From: Acidimicrobiia bacterium
GTDB taxonomy: Bacteria; Actinomycetota; Acidimicrobiia; IMCC26256; JAMXLJ01
NCBI GenBank assembly: GCA_024281095.1
Contig: JAMXLJ010000047.1
Coordinates: 9,093-73,092, forward strand
Length of the DNA: 64,000 nt
Direction: 5' to 3'
Shown: positions 26,061-34,678 of the stretch, in pieces
Layout: the number at the start of each line of letters is the position of its first letter
How positions within the stretch are numbered: the first letter of the stretch is position 1
Position numbers and translations under genes: made by a program
The notes under the pieces: generated by a model
Told to the model about the DNA's origin: nothing
What the model saw: only the letters and a program-made list of their open reading frames with translations
The model's database searches: none

Positions 26061-27491
26061 ATGGTGCAGTTGCCCGACGGACTGGTCGCGGTCGTGAAGC
26101 GCGACTGTCCCACGTGCAATCTCGTGGCGCCGGTGCTGGCCGAACTGGCCGCGGGCGACGAGCGACTCACCGTGTACTCGCAGGACGACCCGACGTTTCC
26201 CGAGGGCCTGTCCGTCATCGACGACCGTGCGCTCGAGGTGTCCTTCGCGCTCGACCTGGACACGGTGCCGACCTTGCTGCGCATGTCAGGCGGGCAGGAG
26301 TCGGCGCGCACGGTCGGATGGAGCCGCGAGAAGTGGCGTGAGCTTGCGGGGCGTTCGGACCTCGGCGGCGGGCTTCCGGAGCATCGCCCCGGATGTGCAT
26401 CGCGTACGCAGGACCCGGCGATCGCGGAGGCGCACGCGGTCGCGACGCTCCTCCCGAAGCTGGCGGCCCGCCGGGTCGAGCTCGGATCGGAAGAGGACGA
26501 CGCCGAGGCATGCTTCGAACGAGGGTGGACCGACGGTCTGCCGGTCGTCGCGCCCACGCCGGAGCGGGTGGCGCGCATGTTGACCGGCACCGAGCGGTCG
26601 CCCGACGAGGTCGTGGCCGTCGTGCCGCCCGATCTCGTCGAGTGCACAGTCGAGAAGGTAGCCATCAACGCGGTGATGGCGGGCTGTCGCCCCGAGTACC
26701 TACCGATCGTGCTCGCAACGGTGGAGGCGGCGTGCACCGACGAGTTCAACATGCACGGCCTGCTCGCGACGACGTGGTTCGCGGGCCCCGTCGTCATCGT
26801 GAACGGCCCGATCGCGCGCGCCGTCGGGATGAACGCGGGCGTGAACGCGATGGGGCAGGGCAACCGCGCCAACGCGAGCATCGGGCGCGCGCTGCAGCTG
26901 GTCGTGCGCAACGTCGGCGGTGGCAAGCCGGGCGAGATCGACCGGGCGACGCTCGGCCAACCCGGCAAGTACACGTTCTGCTTCGCGGAGAACGAAGCCG
27001 AGTCGCCTTGGGATCCACTGCACGTGGAGCGCGGGTTCGCCAAGAGCGCGTCCACGGTCACCCTGTTCGCCGGCGAGGGGCCCCGCGGCATCATCGACCA
27101 GCTGTCGCGCACGCCGGAGTCGCTGGCCCGCTCGTTCGCACAGTGTCTGCGGGCGACCACACATCCCAAGCTGCCGATCGCGTTCGACGCGATGCTGGTC
27201 GTTTCACCCGAGCACGGGCGGGTGTTCCGCGAAGCCGGATGGACCAAAGGGCGGCTGCACGAAGAGCTCGGGGCGCTGCTGCAGCTCGACGGGGCCGACA
27301 TCGTGCGCGGCGCCGGTGGCATCGCGGAAGGTGTCCCCGAGGCGTTCGCCGGCACGACCCTGCCGAAGTTCCGCGACGGTGGGCTGTTGATCGTGCATGC
27401 CGGGGGTGGCGCCGGTTTGTTCTCGGCCATCATCGGCGGGTGGGCGAGCGGCCCGGCCGGCAGTCAGGCCGTCACCGTGGAGGTCGCTTGA
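26061..27491 (+). CDS. thioredoxin-fold (CPTC) domain fused to a ~380-aa domain of unknown function
   Basis: Internal ATG (MVQLPDG). VAVVKRDCPTCNLVAPVLAEL ... DTVPTLL. The remainder (GWTDGLPVVAPT, AINAVMAGCRPEYLP, NRANASIGRALQLV) matches no family I can name. Confidence 0.7.
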   Translation: MVQLPDGLVAVVKRDCPTCNLVAPVLAELAAGDERLTVYSQDDPTFPEGLSVIDDRALEVSFALDLDTVPTLLRMSGGQESARTVGWSREKWRELAGRSDLGGGLPEHRPGCASRTQDPAIAEAHAVATLLPKLAARRVELGSEEDDAEACFERGWTDGLPVVAPTPERVARMLTGTERSPDEVVAVVPPDLVECTVEKVAINAVMAGCRPEYLPIVLATVEAACTDEFNMHGLLATTWFAGPVVIVNGPIARAVGMNAGVNAMGQGNRANASIGRALQLVVRNVGGGKPGEIDRATLGQPGKYTFCFAENEAESPWDPLHVERGFAKSASTVTLFAGEGPRGIIDQLSRTPESLARSFAQCLRATTHPKLPIAFDAMLVVSPEHGRVFREAGWTKGRLHEELGALLQLDGADIVRGAGGIAEGVPEAFAGTTLPKFRDGGLLIVHAGGGAGLFSAIIGGWASGPAGSQAVTVEVA

Positions 27492-27550
27492 GTGCGGACG
27501 CAGCGAAGCTCCGCTCGGCGAAGCCCACTCGAGCGAGAGCGGAGTCAGCC

Positions 27551-28081
27551 ATGAACACACCCGGCACGCGCACGCTGCTCGATCCGACGGGCGAGCTGGC
27601 CCCCACGACCCGGCCTGCCGCGGCGCGGCCGTCGTCGCTCGACGGCAAGGTCGTCGGCCTGCTCGACATCGGCAAGGCGAGGGGAAACGTGTTCCTCGAC
27701 CGGCTCGACGAGCAGCTCACGGGCCGCGGCCTCACGGTGAAGCGGTTCGCCAAGCCCACGTTCACGAAGCCCGCGCCCGTCGATCTCCGCCACGAGATCT
27801 CGACTCAATGCGACGTGGTGATCGAGGCCCTCGCCGACTGAGGCTCGTGCACGTCGTGCAGTGTGCACGACATCGTCGATCTCGAGAGCCGCGGGTTGCC
27901 GTCGGTGATGATCGCGTCGACCGAGTTCGTCGACGCGGCCCGCGTCCAGGCGGCAGCGCTGGGCGCGGAGCCGGCCCGTGTGTTCGTGGCTCATCCCATC
28001 CAGGACCGAACCGACGAGGAGCTCGTCGCGCTGGCGGACGACGCGATCGAGGAGATCGTGCGTAACCTCACGACGGAATAG
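27551..28081 (+). CDS. UGSC-family selenoprotein; TGA 27839-27841 read as selenocysteine (176 codons)
   Basis: ATG 27551 with GGAG 6 nt upstream. Two track ORFs are in the same frame, separated by a single TGA. The junction reads ...EALAD-U-GSCTSCSVHDIV..., with a hairpin 12 nt downstream. Confidence 0.75.
27853..27871 (+). promoter_or_regulatory. candidate SECIS hairpin
   Basis: GTCGTGCA-GTG-TGCACGAC, perfect 8-bp stem. The apical G/U-containing loop lies about 21-25 nt from the UGA. A possible outer helix is GGCTCG (27842-47) with CGAG(AG)CC (27883-90). Confidence 0.5.
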
Positions 28082-28115
28082 ACCGGGCCGGGGTCACTGA
28101 GCGACGGAGTTCCCA

Positions 28116-28829
28116 ATGCTGTTCGTGCACGAGGTCCACCGTGTCGTCGGTGCGCGGGAAGACGCCTTCGAAGCCGCGTACCGTGACAAGTGGCTGCCCC
28201 TGCTGGCCAAATCCGACGACGCGCGCCTGCTCTATTTCCTGCACCACGCCCACGGAAGCGGACGCGCGTACGTCGCGGTCACCGTCACAGCGGTGCGCGA
28301 CGGAGCCGCGTACGAACGTCTCGTCGAACGGGTGCAGAGCGGTGATCTGCGGCAGTGGGCCGCCGAGGTGGACCGTGCGCGTCACGAGGTCGCGGGCAAG
28401 CTCCTCGTCCAGGTGCCGTGGTCGCCCTGGCACGACCTCGACCTCGACGCGGTGCCGACCGATGCCGGCGACCACCCGCTGACCATCTTCATGGAAGACA
28501 CCGCGTGGCCACACGAAGCGATGCTGGACGAGTATCTCGACGCGGCCCGGAACCACTACGCGCCCAGCCTCGAGGAGAGCCGCCACTCCGGTCGCGCGCT
28601 GCTCGAGTTGCAGGCCGTGTTCCAGACGGCGTGGGGCGCGGCCGGACGCCGGCGCGAGGTGGTGCTGTGGCAGAAGGTCGTCGAGCCCCAACGCATCACC
28701 GGCCTGCTCACAACGGAGGTGCCGCCCGAGTACCGCGCTCCGGGCACGTGGATGCACGACGCGCTGCGCGTGCGTGACGACTGGGAGAGCCGGTTGTTGC
28801 GCACCGCGAGCTGGTCGCCGCTGTACTGA
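28116..28829 (+). CDS. tandem NIPSNAP-like / dimeric alpha-beta-barrel protein (hypothetical)
   Basis: Two repeats of the pattern MLFVHEVHRV..GAREDAFEAAYRDKWLPLL; no catalytic motif recognised. Confidence 0.6.
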   Translation: MLFVHEVHRVVGAREDAFEAAYRDKWLPLLAKSDDARLLYFLHHAHGSGRAYVAVTVTAVRDGAAYERLVERVQSGDLRQWAAEVDRARHEVAGKLLVQVPWSPWHDLDLDAVPTDAGDHPLTIFMEDTAWPHEAMLDEYLDAARNHYAPSLEESRHSGRALLELQAVFQTAWGAAGRRREVVLWQKVVEPQRITGLLTTEVPPEYRAPGTWMHDALRVRDDWESRLLRTASWSPLY

Positions 28830-28835
28830 TCCGTC

Positions 28836-29603
28836 GTGTCGACACGTCGAACGGTCGTCTTCCTCCACGGCCAACCGGGCACCTCCGTCGATTCGCTGCG
28901 GCTCCGCCGCGCGCTGCCACCGTCGCTGCACCTCGTCGCACCGGATCGGCCCGGATACGGCGCGAATCCACGGCCGGCCACCGGGTTCTTCGGCAACGCG
29001 GAGTTCGTCGTCGACGTCCTCGACGCGATCGACGTCGAGTCGGCCACCATCGTCGGGCACAGCTGGGGTGGTGGGATCGCCCTACGCCTCGCTCAGCAGC
29101 ATCCCGAGCGGGTCGACGCGCTCGTGCTCGCGGCGTCGGTCGGCCCGGGAGCAGTCAACTGGATCGATCGCCTGCTCGCGCTGCCGGCGCTCGGCGAAGC
29201 GTTGACCGCGCCGGTGTTCACGCTCGCCGGTCCGATCGTGAGGCCGCGGTATCGCCGGTTCCTCCACGTGGACTCGGTCGACCAACCGGAGCGGCAGCTG
29301 ATCGAGCAGAGCCTGCACGGCGCGAGACGGCGCCCCACCTGGCGAAGCTTCCTCGTCGAGCAGCGCGCGCTGTTCACGGAGCTTCCGGCCGTCGACGCAG
29401 AACTGGGCCGCGTCACGGCGCCGACAACGGTGGTCACCGGCACCAAGGACCATTTCGTGCCCGCCGCGACGGCGCGGGCGCTCGCCGAGCGGATCCCGAA
29501 TGCCCGCCTCGAGCTGATCGACGGAGTAGGCCACGTACTACAACTCCGCGCCCCGGCGGCGCTCGCCCGCGTCGTCGTCGAGAGCGTCGAACGCACCGCC
29601 TGA
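28836..29603 (+). CDS. alpha/beta hydrolase
   Basis: VVFLHGQPGT, GHSWGG nucleophile elbow, C-terminal GVGH. Confidence 0.85.
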   Translation: MSTRRTVVFLHGQPGTSVDSLRLRRALPPSLHLVAPDRPGYGANPRPATGFFGNAEFVVDVLDAIDVESATIVGHSWGGGIALRLAQQHPERVDALVLAASVGPGAVNWIDRLLALPALGEALTAPVFTLAGPIVRPRYRRFLHVDSVDQPERQLIEQSLHGARRRPTWRSFLVEQRALFTELPAVDAELGRVTAPTTVVTGTKDHFVPAATARALAERIPNARLELIDGVGHVLQLRAPAALARVVVESVERTA

Positions 29604-29635
29604 CACCCTCAGTTGCGACTGAGCGGAGGTGCCCG

Positions 29636-30442
29636 CTAGATCGTGCTGAGGAGCTCCCATCCCGCGGGTGGTGGTGCGAGGCGCCAGATCTGCTCGGGCG
29701 CGGGCGCGGCGAGCTTCGCTCCGATCTTCCAGTCGGCTTCGAGCGCGAGGAGCTGCGAGGTGTAGTGCGCCAGCGCGGCGTGCTTGCGCTCCTGCGCGGG
29801 GTCGACGGTGGGAGCCGCCGGCGTGGGCCACACACCCGCGTGGAACAGCTTCGAGACGCGCCACGCGAGCAGGCCGGGAATGTGCTTGTACCCGTGGTCC
29901 TCGTAACAGAGCCATGCCGGCTCCGGGAACCGGTCGCGCATCGCCATCGCGGCCTGATGTGTGACGTCGTGGTCGGGGTTGGCCAAGCCGAACGGGATCA
30001 ACACCGCCGTCGGCTCCAGCGTGCGGACGGCGGTCTCGAGCGTGTCGACGACCGCATCGGCTTGCACCCATTCCGGTTGGGGCAGGTACTGGTGCTCGAT
30101 GTGATCGAGCCATACCGGCGTCGCGTCGAGCTCGGCGAGCGCCTTGGTGTCCTCGTCGCGACGGGCCGCGATGACGTCGTCGCCGGGGCCGAAGCCGGCC
30201 AGCTGGTCCCAGCGGGTCATCGGATCGGGATACGCCGGCGGCCGCCCCGCGAACACCGTGATCACTGTTGCACCGGCATGGGCAGCGAGGAACTGACCCA
30301 GGCCCAGCACGGCGTCGTCCATGTGCGGCGACACGACGACGATCCGCTCGAGCTCGGCGTCCGTCACCACACCCCAGTCGCGCATCGGCGCGTCTTGCGG
30401 TCCCGGGCTCACACCGGGCAGCTTGCCACGCGTCGCTATCAC
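29636..30442 (-). CDS. PIG-L/LmbE family deacetylase
   Basis: VVVSPHMDDAVLGLG motif plus a later HPDH-like NPDHDVTH. Confidence 0.85.
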   Translation of the reverse strand: MIATRGKLPGVSPGPQDAPMRDWGVVTDAELERIVVVSPHMDDAVLGLGQFLAAHAGATVITVFAGRPPAYPDPMTRWDQLAGFGPGDDVIAARRDEDTKALAELDATPVWLDHIEHQYLPQPEWVQADAVVDTLETAVRTLEPTAVLIPFGLANPDHDVTHQAAMAMRDRFPEPAWLCYEDHGYKHIPGLLAWRVSKLFHAGVWPTPAAPTVDPAQERKHAALAHYTSQLLALEADWKIGAKLAAPAPEQIWRLAPPPAGWELLSTI

Positions 30443-30464
30443 GCAGGGACGGGGGGAATACTTC

Positions 30465-30483
30465 GATAGACTAATTAGTTATC
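30465..30483. promoter_or_regulatory. AT-rich imperfect palindrome, likely MarR operator in the divergent promoter
   Basis: GATAGACTAA-TTAGTTATC immediately upstream of the MarR ATG (30490), in an otherwise 70% GC context. Confidence 0.4.
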
Positions 30484-30489
30484 CGAACT

Positions 30490-30939
30490 ATGAGCGCCAC
30501 GCCCGCCTCCACGAAGTCCGTCACCTCCGGCGACCTCGCCGCCCGCCTGCGCCTCGTCGTCACGCGCCTCTCGCGCCAGCTGCGCCAGCGGGCCGTCGTC
30601 GACCTCACGCCGAGCCAGACTTCCGCGCTCGCGGCGCTCGCCCGCACGGGCCCGCTGACGTTGGGCGAGCTCGCCGGGATCGAGCGGGTGCAGCCGCCGA
30701 GCATCACGGCCGTCGTCACTCGGCTCGAGGAGAAAGGGCTCGTCGCCCGCCGCCAGGATCCGGCCGACCGGCGCGTGGTCCGCGTCGAGATGACCAAGGA
30801 GGGGCGCAAGCTGCTCGCGCGGAGCCGGAGCCGCAAGGACGCCGAGCTCGACCGGCGCCTGCGCACCCTCACCGACGACGAACGCTCCACCCTCGCGGCC
30901 GCCGCGTCGATCCTCGAACGCATCGTGGAGCCGGAGTGA
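30490..30939 (+). CDS. MarR family transcriptional regulator
   Basis: LTPSQTSALAALARTGPLTLGELA..ERVQPPSITAVVTRLEEKGLVARRQDPADRRVV. Confidence 0.9.
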   Translation: MSATPASTKSVTSGDLAARLRLVVTRLSRQLRQRAVVDLTPSQTSALAALARTGPLTLGELAGIERVQPPSITAVVTRLEEKGLVARRQDPADRRVVRVEMTKEGRKLLARSRSRKDAELDRRLRTLTDDERSTLAAAASILERIVEPE

Positions 30940-32198
30940 GCACCCTCAGACTCGCCGCAGGTCAGACGTTCCGATCGCTCCGCATCCGCAACTACCGCCT
31001 CTACTTCGTCGGGATGCTGATCTCCACGTGCGGCACGTGGATGCAGTCGGTCGCGCAGTCGTGGCTCGTGCTCAAGATCAGCGGCAGCAGCGCCGCGGTG
31101 GGGCTCACGGTGGCGCTGCAGTTCCTCCCCGTGCTTCTCGGCGGTGCCTGGTCCGGCGTGCTTGCGGACCGCGTCGACAAGCGGCGACTGCTCATCGGCA
31201 CTCAGACTGCGGCAGGCGTTCTCGCCACGGTGCTCGGCTTCATCGTGTTGTTCCACGCCGTGCAGCTGTGGCACATCTTCCTGCTCGCGCTGGCTCTCGG
31301 AGTCGTGACCGCCCTCGACAACCCCGCGCGCCGGGCGCTGTCGGTCGAGATGGTCGGCAAGGAGCACGTGGCGAACGCGGTGAGCCTGAGCAGCGCGATG
31401 TTCACCGGCGCGCGCGTCATCGGCCCCGCGATCGCCGGCATCCTGATCGCCGGCGTCGGCATTGCGTGGTGCTTCTTCGCCAACGGCATTTCCTACATCG
31501 CCGCGATCGTCGCCTTCGTCATGATGCGCTCCGACGAGTTCCACGCCGGCGAACGCATCCCGCGCAAGAAGGGTCAGCTGCGCGAAGGCCTCGTCTACGT
31601 CTGGCGCACTCCGGAGTTGCGGATCCCGCTCCTCATGGTCGCGGTGATCGGAACCTTGTCGTACAACTTCCAGGTCGTGCTCCCGTCGCTCGCGAAGTTC
31701 ACCTTCGGCGGCGACGCGAGCACCTTCGGGTTGATGTACTCGTTGATGAGCATCGGTTCGGTAGCGGGCGCCCTGTTCGTCGCCCACCGCACGTACGCGA
31801 CGCAGCGGCTCCTCACCCTCGCCGCGGCCGCGTTCGGTGCGCTCCTGCTCGTGGCGGCCGTGGTGCCGAGCCTGGCGATCGAGTACTTCGTGCTGATGCT
31901 GGTCGGCGCGACGAGCGTGATGTTCGTCTCGAGCGCGAACGGCCTGCTGCAGCAGCGGGCCGATCCGCAGATGCAGGGCCGGGTCATGGCGCTGTACTCC
32001 GTCGCGTTCCTCGGGAGCACCCCGATCGGCGGCCCGATCGTCGGCTGGGTCGACGACGTGCTCGACCCGCGTGCGGGTCTGGCGCTCGGTGGTATCGCCG
32101 CACTCGTGACGGCACTGGTCGTGATCGCCGGGTTCCGGGCCCGCTCGCGCGACGCGCAGGAGCGGGAGCGGCCAGGCGTGCCCGTCGCCGCGGCCTGA
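30936..32198 (+). CDS. MFS transporter (EntS/DUF894-like)
   Basis: GTG start overlapping the MarR stop (GTGA). FRSLRIRNYRLYFVGMLISTCGTWMQSVAQSWLVL; 12 TM. Confidence 0.88.
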   Translation: MSTLRLAAGQTFRSLRIRNYRLYFVGMLISTCGTWMQSVAQSWLVLKISGSSAAVGLTVALQFLPVLLGGAWSGVLADRVDKRRLLIGTQTAAGVLATVLGFIVLFHAVQLWHIFLLALALGVVTALDNPARRALSVEMVGKEHVANAVSLSSAMFTGARVIGPAIAGILIAGVGIAWCFFANGISYIAAIVAFVMMRSDEFHAGERIPRKKGQLREGLVYVWRTPELRIPLLMVAVIGTLSYNFQVVLPSLAKFTFGGDASTFGLMYSLMSIGSVAGALFVAHRTYATQRLLTLAAAAFGALLLVAAVVPSLAIEYFVLMLVGATSVMFVSSANGLLQQRADPQMQGRVMALYSVAFLGSTPIGGPIVGWVDDVLDPRAGLALGGIAALVTALVVIAGFRARSRDAQERERPGVPVAAA

Positions 32199-32204
32199 CT
32201 CGAG

Positions 32205-32218
32205 CCCCCCTCGGGGGG
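32205..32218. terminator. short C/G hairpin between convergent MFS and metB-like genes
   Basis: CCCCC-CTCG-GGGGG. Confidence 0.4.
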
Positions 32219-32229
32219 ACCCAAGTGAG

Positions 32230-33384
32230 TCAGGTGGAAATGTCGCCGCAGCCGATGCGCAGCGCGTGCGTGAGGTCGTCCCAGAGATCCTCGACGTCCT
32301 CGCACCCGACACTCACGCGGAGGAGCTGTGGCGGGGTGAGGTCCTCACGCGCCCAGCGGTGCCGCCGCTCCATCGTCGTCTCGATCCCGCCGAGGCTCGT
32401 CGCATGCACGATGAGACGGGTGGAGCGTGCCACTGCCTCCGCCGCGTCGGCGCCGCCGCGCACGTCGAACGCGAGCATCGAACCCCAGCCGGTCATCTGC
32501 GCGCGTGCCCGTTCGTGACCCGGGTCGTCCACGAGGCCGGGGTACCGGACGCGTTCGACCGCCGGATGCTTCGCCAGCCGAGCCGCGAGCTCGGCCGCGT
32601 TGGCCTGCGCGCGCTCGAGGCGTACTGGCAGCGTGCGCAGCCCCCGCAGCGCGAGGTACGACTCCATGGGACCCGGCACCGCACCGTGCAGGCTTCGCTG
32701 CAGACGCAGCGCCGGCACGAACGCACCGCGCGCCACCACCGCGCCCATGACAACGTCGGAATGACCGGAGAGCAGCTTCGTGACGCTGTGCACGACCATG
32801 TCGGCGCCGAGACGCAACGGTCGCTGCACCAATGGTGTCGCATAGGTGTTGTCGACCGCGACGACCGCACCGCGATCGTGCGCCCCCGCGGCAAGCGCGG
32901 CGATGTCGGCGACGTCCATCTTCGGGTTCGTGGGCGACTCGATCCACAGCAGCGAGGCGCCGTCGCACGCGTCGAGGGTCGCCTGCGTGTCGACGACGTC
33001 GACCGCGCGCATCTCCCAACGTCCGTCGACCGCCTCCTCGATCAGCGCCCGCGTTCCCGTGTATCCGTCACGCGGGAGGACGATCGCGGCGCCTACCGGC
33101 AACGTCTCGAGCACGGCCGCGACAGCCGCCATCCCCGATGCGAACGCGAGTGCCTCGCCACCCTCGAGGGCGCCGAGCGCGGCCTCGAACGCATCCCAGG
33201 TCGGGTTGCCGTCGCGCCCGTATGCGACCGGGCCGCCCGCGTGATACGTCGACGCGAACACGACAGCCGGGTTCAACGGTCCGTCGGGAACGACATCGGG
33301 CCGGCCGGCCGTGATCGCCACTGTGGCCGGGGCGGGGCGGCGACGGGTATGGGGTATTCCGAGCGGTGCGGAAGGTTCGGTCAT
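32230..33384 (-). CDS. PLP-dependent cystathionine gamma-synthase/lyase family enzyme
   Basis: Internal ATG (MTEPSAP). GNPTWDAFEAALGALEGG, HSVTKLLSGHSDVVMG (PLP Lys). Confidence 0.88.
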   Translation of the reverse strand: MTEPSAPLGIPHTRRRPAPATVAITAGRPDVVPDGPLNPAVVFASTYHAGGPVAYGRDGNPTWDAFEAALGALEGGEALAFASGMAAVAAVLETLPVGAAIVLPRDGYTGTRALIEEAVDGRWEMRAVDVVDTQATLDACDGASLLWIESPTNPKMDVADIAALAAGAHDRGAVVAVDNTYATPLVQRPLRLGADMVVHSVTKLLSGHSDVVMGAVVARGAFVPALRLQRSLHGAVPGPMESYLALRGLRTLPVRLERAQANAAELAARLAKHPAVERVRYPGLVDDPGHERARAQMTGWGSMLAFDVRGGADAAEAVARSTRLIVHATSLGGIETTMERRHRWAREDLTPPQLLRVSVGCEDVEDLWDDLTHALRIGCGDIST

Positions 33385-33485
33385 GCGTCGCTGATAGCAG
33401 ATCAGGTGGGTGTACGGGGTCGCCGGGGCCGGCCAGTAGCCTGTGTGGCTTCCGGTTGCTCCCAAGTGACCGGTCTGCTCCCTGC

Positions 33486-34202
33486 ATGACGATCCCCTCT
33501 CAGTCCAACCCGGCCCGGCGCCTCGCGCTCCTGACGCTCGTCGTGGTCGCGGCCGCGTGCGCGGGCGCCTCGAGTTCACGCGCGACACGAGCCCGGGAGA
33601 CAGGACGTGTGGAGACGACCATCCCCCCGACGATCCTGACGACGCTTCCCCGGCCGGTCCCCACCACGGGACGGCCCGCGGCGGCGACCACTCCCCCGCC
33701 CACGACCGCAGCCGCGGTCGTGCCCGGCGCGGCCCCCGTCGAGACGCCCGGCGTCTTCGCCATCGGCGACTCCGTCATGCTTGGCGCCGCGCCGCAACTG
33801 CGCGCGAAAGGGTTCGGCGTCGACGCGGCGGAGAGCCGGCAGTGGGGCACGGGCACTGCCATCCTGCGGATGCTGGCCGCCGGCGGGCGCCTGCCGCGCG
33901 TGGTCGTCGTGCATCTCGGCACGAACGGACCGTTCGCGCCGGCCCAGTTCGACGAGATGATGCGCCTGCTGGCCGGCCACCGCGTCGTGCTGCTGAACGC
34001 GCACGAGCCGCGCCGCTGGCAACAGCAGGTGAACGACACGCTCCGAGCCGGTGTGACGCGCTGGCCCGGATCGGTGCTGCTCGACTGGGACGCGGCCGGG
34101 AACGCGCACCCCGAGTGGTTCTGGAGCGACCGCATCCATCTCCGACCCGCCGGAGCACAGGCGTACGCCGATCTGGTCGCGGGGGCGGTGGTACCGGCGT
34201 GA
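33486..34202 (+). CDS. SGNH-like lipoprotein (stand-alone OafA-type C-terminal domain)
   Basis: Internal ATG. Lipobox LVVVAAAC, Thr/Pro linker, FAIGDSVMLGA, HLGTNG. Confidence 0.7.
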   Translation: MTIPSQSNPARRLALLTLVVVAAACAGASSSRATRARETGRVETTIPPTILTTLPRPVPTTGRPAAATTPPPTTAAAVVPGAAPVETPGVFAIGDSVMLGAAPQLRAKGFGVDAAESRQWGTGTAILRMLAAGGRLPRVVVVHLGTNGPFAPAQFDEMMRLLAGHRVVLLNAHEPRRWQQQVNDTLRAGVTRWPGSVLLDWDAAGNAHPEWFWSDRIHLRPAGAQAYADLVAGAVVPA

Positions 34203-34214
34203 GACCCCGGAAGC

Positions 34215-34673
34215 ATGGCGCACGCCCGGAACGGGAAGAGACCGAGCATGCCGAACGACGACAAATCCAGCCGGGAGCGGCTCCCTTCGACACTGGAGCG
34301 CTCACCCGAAAAAGCGCAGCGCACGTACCTCGAGACGCTGGAGTCGGCCGAGAAGACATACGACGGTGACGAAGAGCGCGCTCACCGTGCCGCGTTCGCG
34401 GCGGTCAAGCATTCCTTCGAGAAGGTCGGCGACCACTGGGAGCCCAAGGAGCACCGCGGGCCGAGTGACGCGCAGGCCGCGCGCGGTGGCTCCGCCGCGC
34501 GCGACGGCGGAGGCGATACCGCCGAAGGCGTCGACGCGAACGCGTCGAAGTCGCATCTTCTCGACGTAGCCCGCCGGCTCGACGTGCCCGGCCGTTCCAA
34601 GATGTCGAAGGACGAGCTCGTCGAGGCGATCGAGCGCGCCAACCGCCGCGAGACGGCGCGAGCGCGACGCTGA
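34215..34673 (+). CDS. ChaB-like / Rho N-terminal (SAP-like) domain protein
   Basis: LPSTLERSPEKAQRTYLETLESA (ChaB) and C-terminal KSHLLDVARRLDVPGRSKMSKDELVEAI. Confidence 0.7.
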   Translation: MAHARNGKRPSMPNDDKSSRERLPSTLERSPEKAQRTYLETLESAEKTYDGDEERAHRAAFAAVKHSFEKVGDHWEPKEHRGPSDAQAARGGSAARDGGGDTAEGVDANASKSHLLDVARRLDVPGRSKMSKDELVEAIERANRRETARARR

Positions 34674-34678
34674 CCGCG

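Noticed and set aside
27863-28081. The 72-aa ORF as an independent small gene downstream of a gene terminated at TGA 27839-27841.
   Set aside because: It has the same frame as the upstream ORF, only a GTG start and no ribosome-binding site. The 7 intervening codons complete a U-G-S-C-x-x-C motif, and a hairpin sits at SECIS distance. I therefore prefer a single selenoprotein, pending a check for Sec machinery.
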